This document shows, in pieces, positions 38,050-49,069 of a DNA stretch of 64,000 nt (position 1 is its first letter; every line of letters starts with the position of its first letter). Both the position numbers and the translations under genes were made by a program. Source of the stretch: Macrostomum hystrix (taxonomy: Eukaryota > Animalia > Platyhelminthes); contig CATNEN010000039.1 of the NCBI GenBank assembly GCA_950097015.1, positions 15,996,001-16,060,000 of the forward strand, read 5' to 3'. Below the pieces are notes generated by a model, which did no database searches, had not been told where the DNA came from, and saw nothing but the letters and a program-made list of their open reading frames with translations.

Positions 38050-39150
38050 TCGGGATTTGAGAGTAAAGGATTTGAGAGTGGAGGATTTAAGAGTGTAGGA
38101 TTTGAGGATTGTGATTTTAGAACGGGATTCGAGAATGAAGGATTTGAGAATGAAGGATTTGAGAGTAAAGGATTTGAGAATGAAGGATTTGAGAGTAAAG
38201 GATTCGAGAGTGAACGATTTGAGACTGAAGGATTTGAGAGTGAAGGATTTGAGGATTGTGATTTTAGAACGGGATTTGAGAGTAATGGATTTGGGAGTGA
38301 AGGATTTGAGAGTGAAGGATTTGAGAGTGATGGATTTAGGAGTGAAGGATTTGAGAGTGAAGGATTTGAGGATTGTGATTTTAGAACGGGATTTGAGAGT
38401 GATGGATTTGGGAGTGAAGGATTTGAGAGTGAAGGATTTGAGAGTGATGGATTTAGGAGTGAAGGATTTGAGAGTGAAGGATTTGAGGATTGTGATTTTA
38501 GAACGGGATCTGAGAGTGAAGGATTTGAGAGTGAAGGATTTGAAAATGAAGGATTTGAGGATTGTGATTTTAGAACGGGATCTGAGAGTGAAGGATTTGA
38601 GAGTGAAGGTTTTGAGAGTGAAGGATTTGAGAGTGAAGGATTTGAGAATGAAGGATTTGAGAATTAAGGATTTGAGAGTGAAGGATTTGAGGATTGTGAT
38701 TTTAGAACGGGATTTGAGAGTGACGGATTTGAGAGAGAAGGATTTAAGAGTGAAGGATTTGAGAGTGAAGGATTTGAGAATGAAGGATTTGAGAATGAAG
38801 GATTTGAGAGTGAAGGATTTGAGAATGAAGGATTTGAGAATGAAGGATTTAAGAGTGAAGGATTTGAGAATGAAGGATTTGAGAATGAAGGATTTGAGAG
38901 TGAAGGATTTGAGGATTGTGATTTTAGAACGGGATTTGAGAATGAAGGATTTGAGAGCGAAGGATTTGAGAGAGAAGGATTTGAGAGTGAAGGATTTGAG
39001 AGTGAAGGATTTGAGAATGAAGGATTTGAGAATGAAGGATTTGAGAATGAAGGATTTGAGAGTGAAGGATTTGAGAATGAAGGATTTGAGAGTGAAGGAT
39101 TTGAGAGTGAAGGATTTAGAAGTGAAGGATTTAAGAGCGGAATTTTAGAG
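38050..39150. repeat. 15-bp minisatellite (gagtgaaggatttga) with interspersed longer variant units
   Basis: Tandem units visible. Confidence 0.95.
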
Positions 39151-39474
39151 TTGGCGATTTGAGAATATGCATTTTTCAGCGGGATTTGAAAGAGGAGCGC
39201 AGAGCGAGGATAAACGCATTTCGTTCAAAAGTAAAATTTTTTACCTAAAAATTAGAATTGAGTATTTTAGTTACCCTATTTTTATGTAAGAATTTAAGAT
39301 AATTACATAATATATATTGCAGAAATCCTGATAGTTTAAACCTATGAATAGAATCGCAGTCTTACAATTAGCTTTAAGTGTTTTTAGCGATGCTAAAAAT
39401 TCCGGAGTTCGAATCCTGCAAGTCTTTGAAGGACGCGGATACAGCCTTGGTCCTGTATAATGTCCCCAAATATG

Positions 39475-39512
<38 letters not shown>

Positions 39513-40524
39513 TCAAGGTAATGGACCATAGTTGTCCACTATCTATAGATTCCTACATTCCGTCTCCACTTCTTGTATATGGGGGTCTTGTTTCGCCAAA
39601 TCCTATCCTTTCATCCTATCCTGCCCCGCTATATCCCGGCAGTGCTTTACTCGTGCATATGACTTGGTATAGGCGACCACACTGGTCACACTATAGGAGA
39701 ACGAGCGATGGACGATGAAAGAATATCTATTCATAGCCAAATAGCTGGGTGCTAAAGGTGTCAAGTATTATCAGTTGTACTATTACTCGATCGAGCTTCT
39801 ATCGATAAAACTTCGATGAACCATTACAAGGATTGGAATCTTTCAAAAATATTCGGATTATAATTCATCCCACATTTTTGCACCTCTTCTTTTACGAATT
39901 GCTCCTTTGCAATGTGATAAGAGCTTAGGGTACGGAGGAGCCAGAAAATGTTTACTGCACTTCAACTACAATTTCTTCTCTAGTTTGTGATTCTGGTCTC
40001 TCTGAAACTTTCTTCGTTAGCTAAGCTTGTCAAGGAGAGAGAAAATTAGCCGGCGCGGTAAATTAGCGAGCAGAATGGGAGCCCTGTCCATCACACGGGG
40101 ATTTTTTGGTTTCTGTTTTCCCATGACAAGTCCCGCTGTTTTGTTGGTAACATTTTGCACGTCTCGAAGACAGGCAGATAGGCAGACGGGGAGGACATGG
40201 CAGTGGAGTGTGGAGAGTGAGATGAACTATGAAAGCAATTAAGGATAACTTTTCAAGTTTTTCTTCAAAATACGGCACGAATAAGAGGACGGGTTGAAGC
40301 TGACTTCCATTGAGTGCCAAAATTTGCGAAGGGCACACTTTTTCATCTTCTACTGGTCTGTTTTTATTTTTGTAAACCAGGTCCGGCATTGAGAGATAAC
40401 AAAGCAGTGCACGACTGGGTCCTTAAGCAGGGGCTCTGCTTTTTCTAGTAGAGTATCTAAGTGAAAAGCAAGAGAAGCTAAAACAATAGCAAAAGCAGGT
40501 GCTGGCCGATGGAAAGCAAAAGTG

Positions 40525-41033
40525 ACAGCAGCAGCAGCAGCATTAGTAACAGCAGCAGCAGCAGCATTAGTAACAGCAGCAGTAACAGCAGCAGCAGCAG
40601 CATTAGTAACAGCAGCAGCAGCAGCATTAGTAACAGCAGCAGTAACAGCAGCAGCAGCAGCATTAGTAACAGCAGCAGTAACAGCATTAGTAACAGCAGT
40701 AGTAACAGCAGCAGCAGCAGCATTAGTAACAGCATTAGTAACAGCAGTAGTAACAGCAGCAGCAGCAGCATTAGTAACAGCATTAGTAACAGCAGCAGTA
40801 ACAGCATTAGTAACAGCAGCAGCAGCAGCATTAGTAACAGCAGCAGCAACAGCATTAGTAACAGCAGCAGCAGCAGCAGCAGCATTAGTAACAGCAGCAG
40901 CAACAGCATTAGTAACAGCAGCAGCAGCAGCAGCAGCATTAGTAACAGCAGCAGTAACAGCATTAGTAACAGCAGCAGCAGCAGCATTAGTAACAGCAGC
41001 AGCAACAGCATTAGTAACAGCAGCAGCAGCAGC
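40525..41033. repeat. Complex triplet array (agc)n-att-agt-aac, left of the retrotransposon
   Basis: The same array resumes at 45756. Confidence 0.95.
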
Positions 41034-41045
41034 CCGCCGGCCCAA

Positions 41046-41143
41046 CAGGGTCGGGTGGCCCCCGGACGGGGGCCGCGGTCACGAGCATCGCCTCTTCGTG
41101 GCGACCCGGATGGTCGGGGCAACCCGGCCGCACCAAGATGCTC
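41046..41143 (+). ncRNA. Predicted HDV-like self-cleaving ribozyme at the retrotransposon 5' end
   Basis: P1 gggtc(41048-52)/gaccc(41103-07), extendable to cagggtc/gacccgg; J1/2 hairpin gtggccccc-ggac-gggggccgc; P2 gagcatc(41083-89)/gatgctc(41137-43); P3 gcc/ggc; L3 tcttcgt; P1.1 gg; P4 tggtcggg-gcaa-cccggccg; J4/2 ...ccaa with a candidate catalytic C. Confidence 0.75.
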
Positions 41144-44100
41144 AACTTTAGGCAACCAACCTACCCGGCACGCGCCCCAGGCGCGGCCGCGGAGCGGGTT
41201 GGACGTCAGCGACTTCAGTCTCGTTTTTGTTCTTTCACTCTGCTCGTCTTCTGCCTGGCCACCCTCCTGTTGCGTGCGGGGGACGTGGAAGTCAACCCTG
41301 GCCCCCCACCGGAAGGTTGTTACGCCTGTGGTCGGTCATTCAGGAGCGACATCGTGCCTCTCAAGTGCGCGGTGGAAAATTGCGCGCACCAGTGCCATAA
41401 GCAGGAGTCGTGCAGTGGCCTTCGCCGGCACCAGGACCATGGCACCTGGCGCTGTCAAGATCACCTGGCAGCAGGGACTAGGGCGGACCGCCCGACGCCG
41501 GCCAACGCCGACAGAGAGCGACGGCCTGGGAACCCGGCGGTCTGCCGCACCTGTGCTAGGGCCATCCGCCAAGGCACGCTCCCCCTCAAATGCGACCAAG
41601 ATAATTGCGACGCCTGGTGTCATCGGACCACGGCGTGCAGTGGCATCCCGCGCTACAGGGGGTGCCCGCGCTGGCTGTGCCCCGAGCATGTGCCGGTGCC
41701 CACGGCAGCCTCCCTGGTCGGACGCCCCACTGGTGCCAACCAGCACGGCAATCGCCAAGGCTCCCCGGCCGTGCCACGCTGTTGTGGGGGATGCGGCCGT
41801 CGGGTGGCGACCAACATCAACCCGATTCACTGCAGCACGTGCCAGGCTGCGTATCACAAGTCCTGCTCTGGTCTCCCGCGCAAGGCCGCCGAGTTTGCGC
41901 TGGCCCGCCAAGCCTGGCAGTGCGGCAAGTGCGTTATGGGGCCTGGTCAAGACACTGAGCCTGCGCCGGACGAGATGGCGCCCTGTATCCGCCTCTCCAT
42001 CACTGACCGTATCAGCGCCCTCAACATTCTGCAGTGGAACGCTGACGGGCTCCTCGCCAAGGTACCGGAGCTGCTCGACCGCATCAACACATGCAGGGCT
42101 GATGTAGTGGCGATTCAGGAAACCAAGCTGCGCTCTCAAGATATTACGCCTCGTTTCCCGGGATATGCTGTTGTCCGGGCGGACCGTACCGAGGCGGATG
42201 GAGGTGGAGGCCTGCTCACGCTGGTGCACGAGCGCCTGGCCTTCAAGCAGGTCCCTTCCAAGCCTGCCAGCGCGATCGAGATGCTGCGGGTGCGCATTTA
42301 CCTGGGCCCCAAGAAGACTCTGGACCTGGACAATGTGTACGCCCCGCCAAACCGCAATGGTGGAGAGGATGTGGACGCTCTCTGGCAGACTATCCCGGCG
42401 GGGGCTGATGTCATCTGCGGCGACTTCAACGCTCATGCCCCCCTCTGGGACACTGAGCAGCCCACGGATGCTTGAGGGGACGCTCTCATGGACTGGGCCA
42501 CTGGCCGGGCGCTCGCGGTGCTCAACGACGGCGACCCGACCAGGGTCAATCGCGGTACCGGTGGCCTCAGCTCCCCCGATGTCACGCTGTGCCGTGCAGA
42601 CTGGCACGACAAGGCTGAATGGAGCGTGCAGGACGACCTTGGCTCGGATCACCTCCCTATCTTTGTCCGGCTTCGCTGCGCCGCAGCCACTATCGCCCGT
42701 GCGCCCAGACGCGCGTGGCGCAAGAATGGAGTCAACTGGCAAGCTTTCACGGAGGATGCCGAGAATCAGGTGGCTGACTTCAGGAGCTCGGGGGTCTCTC
42801 TGACACAGCGGGTGCAGCGCCTGACCAAGGCCATCATCGACGCCGCATATCGTCATGTCGGGAAAACGACCTACAAACGCACAGCGCGGCCCTGGCTGTC
42901 ACATCAGGCGCGTGCAGCCATCCGCCGCCGCAATCGCCTCCGCCGGTTGGTTGGCAGTCACCGGGAGGAATGGTTACAGGCGTCTGCCGAAGCAGCGCTC
43001 CTCATCAAAGAAGGCAAAGAACGTTGCTGGCAGGATTTCCTCGCGGATGCGGACTTGTGCCACGACGCCCCCAAGGCTTGGCGGCTCATCAGGAGCCTCA
43101 GCGGGACACCCGATGACAATCAAGCTAACGAAGCTCTGGTGCACCAGGGCAAGGTCTTCTGCGATAATCGTGCCAAGGCGGAGCTATTTGCTAAGCACTA
43201 CGCAGCGGTCAACCGGCTGACGTTCAGCAAGGCCGATCGTGAGCTCAACCGTAGTGCCAAGGAGGCCACGCGCAACTGTGGCGGCGACGATGACAGCTGC
43301 AGCGACATCACCATGGTGGAACTTGAGGCGGCCATTGAACACCAGCGGGCTAATGGAGCCTGCGGCCCGGACGACATCTCGCCACGCTTCTTCAAGGCCC
43401 TTGGACCTTTGGCAAGGCGCGAGCTGTTGGAAATCTTCAACCGTTCCTTCAAGACCGGGCAATGTGTGCAAGCCTGGAGGAGGGCGACCATCATCCCACT
43501 CCTCAAACGTGGCAAACCAGCGAGTGACATGGTATCCTTTCGCCCAGTCAGCTTGACCTCTTGCATGGTAAAGCTCTTGGAGCGCATCATCACAGCCCGG
43601 TTGTACTACATGGCCGAATCCCGGGGATGGCTGGCTCCGCAGCAGGCAGGCTTTCGGCGATTCCACAGTTGCGATGATCAGGTGCTCAACGTGGTGCAGG
43701 GCATCAGCGATGGATTCCAAAGCTCCCCAATGCTGCGCTCCGTCATGGCTTTCCTGGACTACAGCAAGGCCTATGATAAAGTCTGGCGTGAGAGGCTGCT
43801 GATCACTTTGATTGAGAAGGGCGTCCCAGGCACCTACGTCCGCTGGATTCACTCCTTCCTGCAGAATCGCGAGGCCAGGGTGTGCCTCCAAGGCGAGGTC
43901 AGTCGGTTCCACAGGCTGCGCCAGGGGCTGCCACAGGGCTCGGTGATCGCCCCCCTCCTCTTCATCCTGTTCCTCGATCCGGTCGTGCAGACCATCCCAC
44001 CAGAGGTTCGTGTCTCCTTGTACGCCGACGACATTGCCGTCCGCAGCCAGCACCACGCTAAAATCACGGCGGCGGCCCAGGTTCAGGAAGCCGTCACCCG

Positions 44101-45706
44101 CATTGCCGATTGGAGCGCCAGCCGCAAGATGGTGCTCAACCCCACTAAAAGCGAGTGCGCCTTCTTCTCCACGGACACGCACGAGGCTGCCTGGCAGCCC
44201 TCTATCACCCTGAACGGGGAGAACATGCCTTTCAACGACAGCCCGCGGTTTCTTGGAGTTCACCTTGATCGCTCTCTGGCCTTCCGGAAGCAGGTGGACG
44301 AGGTCTGCCGCGCGATCGGCAAACGGTGCCGTATCCTGGCGTGTCTGTCTGCGAGGGCGTGGGGCTGGCCTAAAGAGAGCCTCCTCCGGACCTTCAAGGC
44401 ACTCCAGATGAGCGTGCTCCACTACGCTGCTCCGGCCTGGCAACCCTGGTTGGCCGACTCCGCGGTTGCGCGGCTGCAACGTGCGCAGAACAACGCGCTC
44501 CGCATTGTCACCGGACAGCTGCGTTCCACGCCTACTGAGGCCCTTCACCTCGAGGCAGGAATTTGTACCGTTGCCACCACCAGGGACCAGCTTTGCCTTG
44601 CCGCATACGAGAAAGCTCTGCGTCTGCCAGCTGACCACCCGCGGCGTATGGCTGCCGTGCCTGTCGTCGCGCATCGCACTGCTAGGGGAAGCTGGCGTAA
44701 AAGGGCCGTTGAACTGCTAGCCAAGCTCCCAGACGATTTGGATCATCGCGAGATGCTACCCCACCTGCCCAGTTGCCCGTGGGTGCCTCGAGCTGCGGGC
44801 CTCAACGTGACCTGTGATCTCGTCGGGGCGGTAGATGTCGACACAAGCCAAGACGACATGTCGGGACGGCTCTGCGCTGAGGCGGCCATCCGCCGCTATG
44901 AGGCCGACCTGGTCATTTACACTGATGGGTCGGCCCTAGGCGGCTGCTCCGACGGTGGCGCCGCTGCCGTCGTCACCCGCGGTGACCCGGCCGCACCTGA
45001 GGTGCTGGACACCATCATGGCCAAGGGCAGTCGCATCACCTGCTCGTATGATGAAGAGTGCCGCGCGCTCAGTTTGGCTACCACCTGGATCCGACGGCAC
45101 GAAATTGCAGGACGTGTCGTCATCTGCAGCGACAGCAGATCTCTGCTGTCGGCCCTGGCTGGGAAAGCCCCAGCGCGCAGCGCCCTCCCGGATCTTCGCA
45201 CTCCAGCGGCCGCTCTCATGCTTCAGTGGGTTCCGGGGCACTGCGGGCTGGCTGGTAACGAGCTAGCCGATGAGGCGGCCAAGCAGGCGGCTGCTGCTCC
45301 TGCCGACAACTCCAGCGCGCCAATTTCGATGTGGAGTGCGCTGGCGGCCGCCCGACGTCACATTGCAGACCCGCCCATCAGACATGCCCGGACAGCTGCC
45401 GTCTACGGCGCCCTGGACCGCCAGCGGGACAGGGCTGAGATTCGCACCCGTCAGGACGCGGTGCTCCTGGCCAGGCTGCGTTCGGGCCACTGTAGCCTTC
45501 TGCGGGCCTATAGCAGCGTTATCAACCCGCACGCCGACCCCACCTGCCTCCGTTGCGGTATGGCCCCGGAAGACGTGGAACACTGGCTTCAATGCCCGGC
45601 CCTCCGCAGGGAGAGACTGGCTACTTTCGACAGTGATGACCTCAATCTTAATGTGCTGACGTCCGACCCCGCTAGGTCGGTGGCGCTGGCGAGACGGAGC
45701 TGGTAG
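41138..45706 (+). pseudogene. Retrotransposon polyprotein ORF (1522 codons) interrupted by one in-frame TGA at 42473-42475
   Basis: ORF-track entries 41138-42475 and 42488-45706 are in the same frame, joined by TGA GGG GAC GCT CTC. The stop falls inside the APE domain (PTDA*GDALMDW). Confidence 0.9.
41264..41305 (+). other. 2A-like ribosomal skipping (StopGo) peptide LLLRAGDVEVNPGP
   Basis: Exact match to the D(V/I)ExNPG/P consensus, with the typical upstream LLxxAG. Confidence 0.9.
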
Positions 45707-45755
45707 CTCACTCGGCGCCTCTTGCCCCAACAACAACAACAACAACAACAACAAC

Positions 45756-46231
45756 AGCAGCAGCAGCATTAGTAACAGCAGCAGCAGCAGCATTAGTAAC
45801 AGCAGCAGTAACAGCATTAGTAACAGCAGCAGCAGCAGCATTAGTAACAGCAGCAGCAGCAGCATTAGTAACAGCAGCAGTAACAGCATTAGTAACAGCA
45901 GCAGCAGCAGCATTAGTAACAGCAGCACCAGCAGCATTAGTAACAGCCGCATTAGTAACAACAGCAATAACAGCATTAGTAACAGCAGCAGCAGCATTAG
46001 TACCAGCAGCAGTAGCAGCATTAGTAACAGCAGCAGTAACAGCATTAGTAATAGCAGCAGCAGCAGCATTGATAACAGCAGTAGTTAAAGCAGCAGCAGC
46101 AGCAGCAGCATTAGTACCAGCAGCAGTAGCAGCATTAGTAACAGCAGCAGTAACAGCAGCAGCAGCAGCTTTAGTAACAGCAGCAGTAACAGCAGCAGCA
46201 GCATTGGTAACAGTAGCAGCAGCAGCAGCAT
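45756..46231. repeat. Complex triplet array (agc)n-att-agt-aac, right of the retrotransposon
   Basis: Continuation of 40525-41033. Confidence 0.95.
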
Positions 46232-48694
46232 CGTACGTACTGTCCTAAAATCAGTCTTTTTGTATATGTCCACTAAAATATTTTCAAGAAGAAGCAGGAC
46301 TTAGGGCCGCAGGAAATCCGATGGAAGAGGCTGCGCCTCATTAAGAAGATTTTCTCTGGCCTACCTCACTCAGAAACACACACACAAACACACAGTTTCC
46401 TTACCTATCGAGGTGTATAAGAGGAAACGCGGCAGATGAGTGTCTAGTAAGGAATGACGAGAAAGGTAAACTATTGATAGTATATTGGAGACGAAAACTA
46501 AAAGAAAAAAATTAATAATAGTTATTATTACTGTCGTTCTGCTTTGAAGCCAGTGATTTTCTGTTATAAATAAATTTTCTTTCAAGCCCGAATCTTTCAG
46601 ATTTGTTCGGGCAGCGAAAATAACTAATAACGATAATAATTAAGGAGAGCCTAGTTTATTAGCACAGGCCGCAGCACCTGCTGTGACATCCTGATCAGCA
46701 GAGAGGATTTTGCAGGGGCCGGGTGTTGGCCCTGCTTGGCAACCAGCTGCAACAGCAAGCTCGCACTATTTTTACAGGTTCGCCGAGGAGTTTTGAAAAA
46801 AAGTTAACGCATTAGAATATTGCCTACTAATGCTTGATTTCACAAGCTGTTTCCACCTGTTCAGAGGGTTTGACAAAGCTGTGCTGTACTAAAAAGTTAG
46901 GCTATGAAAATAAGACTCTCGTCAAGAGCTGAAAGGCAGGGTTGACAAAACAAAAAAAGAGAAAAAGCGGCATCGCCAGCAGCAGCACCAGTAACATAAG
47001 CAGTAAAAGCGCCTGTGATAGTAGAGGGGAATAAAAAAGGGGAAGAGACGGAGAGAGGCGAGAGGAGACGAGGGAGAGAGAAGAGAGATAAGAAGATATT
47101 AAGTAGGTCAGATATTGGCAATACTGTACTTGCTGTCAGTTGTAACAAAAAATTATTAGAGCAAGTGATCGCAGGTAGCAAACGTGTCAGTTAAAAAATT
47201 ATATAAAAGTAAAATTAGACAAAAAAATCCATAGCTGTCAATCATAATTTGACTAGTAGCCACACCTTGGTTTGTTTTACCAAGACTGCGCCACACAATA
47301 AGGGTTTGGGGAGTTAAGCAAACTCTGAGAACACCTTCAAGACATTGGGAAGAGAGGTATGGGAATTGAGATCTTGAACAGTTTCTGCCAATTGTAAGAA
47401 GGTGCTGCTGTTGAGTGCTGAGCCGGGTGACAATCCTGCACTGCTCAGGAAGACAGGACTCTAAACTTGAGCACGCTGTGAGCACAGCTGCCCTGAGATT
47501 AACCAGCCACCCCTTTCAAGTTGCCAAAGCCCTATTATAGAAGAAAGTGCCGTTCCTTATCTTCTCTTGGGAGTCTAGTCTCTTAGGGGCAGATTATTTT
47601 ATTTTCTTTATGAGCAATATTTAGATTTTATTGGATTATAAAACACTAAACTAAATCAGCAGGGTGTTTAAAGGAGGAAGCTCCACTTCACTCAAATTAA
47701 AATCAGAGTAAATCTTTTGCAAGCTACAACGATTCCTTAAAAAAACTATTACTGCTACTAGTTTGCCTTCATTTTTTGGACTTTTTCTGCTTTTGTACAA
47801 ACGCTAAAATGAGCAGCAGTTAGGAGAGACAGATAGACAGGCTAGCTATAAGATCGTGCGTGTGGAACTTAAAAAACCTACGAAAGAAGGAGTCCCCAAA
47901 TTAGCGCTCTTCAAAATAAAATTTGCTTTCATTAATGTGATTGGTCCATGTGATTGGTTGCTATTTTTAGAAAAGCTTTTTGGGGGAACCCCTCGATGCG
48001 TACACCTGACCAACGTTAAGCCAATAAAAATTGATTGGTCTATGAAGTTCGAGTTGTAGCTATTTTTAGAAAAGTCTTTTCTGCGAATCCCTGGGTAAAC
48101 TGAGCTAATTATCTCAGATATCCTTGATAAATGGATTTAAACACTGGTATTTCTGCTCAAAACTTTCTCAAAGCATTTTTTCTTGGGCGACGTGTAACTC
48201 AGACATTTGACAGATTAACTGAGATTTCTCTTTCAGATAGTATAAATGGTCATGACAAGCGGACACTGAGATTTTACAGTTAGTCCAGTTCTGCATATGC
48301 GTGTGTATAAGCGAGTTCTTGTCTGACCAATCCACTGAATGGCGGTAATGTGATATTTAAATGCTTGGCTGACTCGAGAATACAAGCTTGGAGTGTCTTA
48401 GCGAAACCAAAACGCAATGCGGGGATCTTTTTACTTCAAGACAGGAAAAGAAGAAAGACAGACAGAGGGCTTCATAATAAATTTCTGCATGTCAAATTGA
48501 AATATGAAGACTGTTTTAAATGGCATTGTCTATTATCGGATCATAAATATAGCTAGGCATTTTTTTCTTTCAACTGCAGTTTTTCATATTTTTTATGGGA
48601 GTATTGGCGGAGCAACATTGCGCGGGACATTGTGCACTTTTAATTGGGTTGAGTTGTCAAATGTAGATTAGTGATAAAAATTACCAAAGCACCT

Positions 48695-49051
48695 CAACTG
48701 CCAGCTGAGACAACTGCCAGCTGAGACAACTGCCAGCTGAGACAACTGCCAGCTGAGACAACTGCCAGCTGAGACAACTGCCAGCTGAGACAACTGCCAG
48801 CTGAGACAACTGCCAGCTGAGACAACTGCCAGCTGAGACAACTGCCAGCTGAGACAACTGCCAGCTGAGACAACTGCCAGCTGAGACAACTGCCAGCTGA
48901 GACAACTGCCAGCTGAGACAACTGCCAGCTGAGACAACTGCCAGCTGAGACAACTGCCAGCTGAGACAACTGCCAGCTGAGACAACTGCCAGCTGAGACA
49001 ACTGCCAGCTGAGACAACTGCCAGCTGAGACAACTGCCAGCTGAGACAACT
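48695..49051. repeat. 16-bp perfect minisatellite (caactgccagctgaga), ~22 copies
   Basis: Identical units. Confidence 0.98.
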
Positions 49052-49069
49052 CTCGACCTGTTTGAAGTC

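Larger units (their letters stand above)
41034..45755 (+). mobile_element. Full-length single-ORF non-LTR retrotransposon, Ingi/L1Tc-like (I group): 2A, 3xPHD, APE, RT, RNase H, ZnF, (AAC)9 tail
   Basis: Sharp GC-rich block between two halves of one array. APE motifs (LQWNADG, AIQETKL, NVYAPP, CGDFNAH, DVT, GSDHLPI); RT (FRPVSLTS, QQAGFR, LDYSKAYD, GLPQGS, YADD at 44021-44032, RFLGV); RNase H (IYTDGS, CSDS, WVPGH, GNELAD); CxxC-x8-HxxxC. 22-nt 3'UTR, then (AAC)9 at 45729-45755. Clade assignment is from domain layout, not phylogeny. Confidence 0.95.

Noticed and set aside
40063-40520. Short minus-strand ORF fragments next to the AGC array (…LASLAFHLDTL…)
   Set aside because: Frames are discontinuous and I cannot support any family assignment without a search.
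40350-42856. Overlapping ORFs (poly-Ser/Asn 40509-42107, poly-Ala, poly-Leu, antisense 41336-42856; likewise 43184-44674)
   Set aside because: They arise from the triplet array and GC-rich shadow frames of the retrotransposon ORF.
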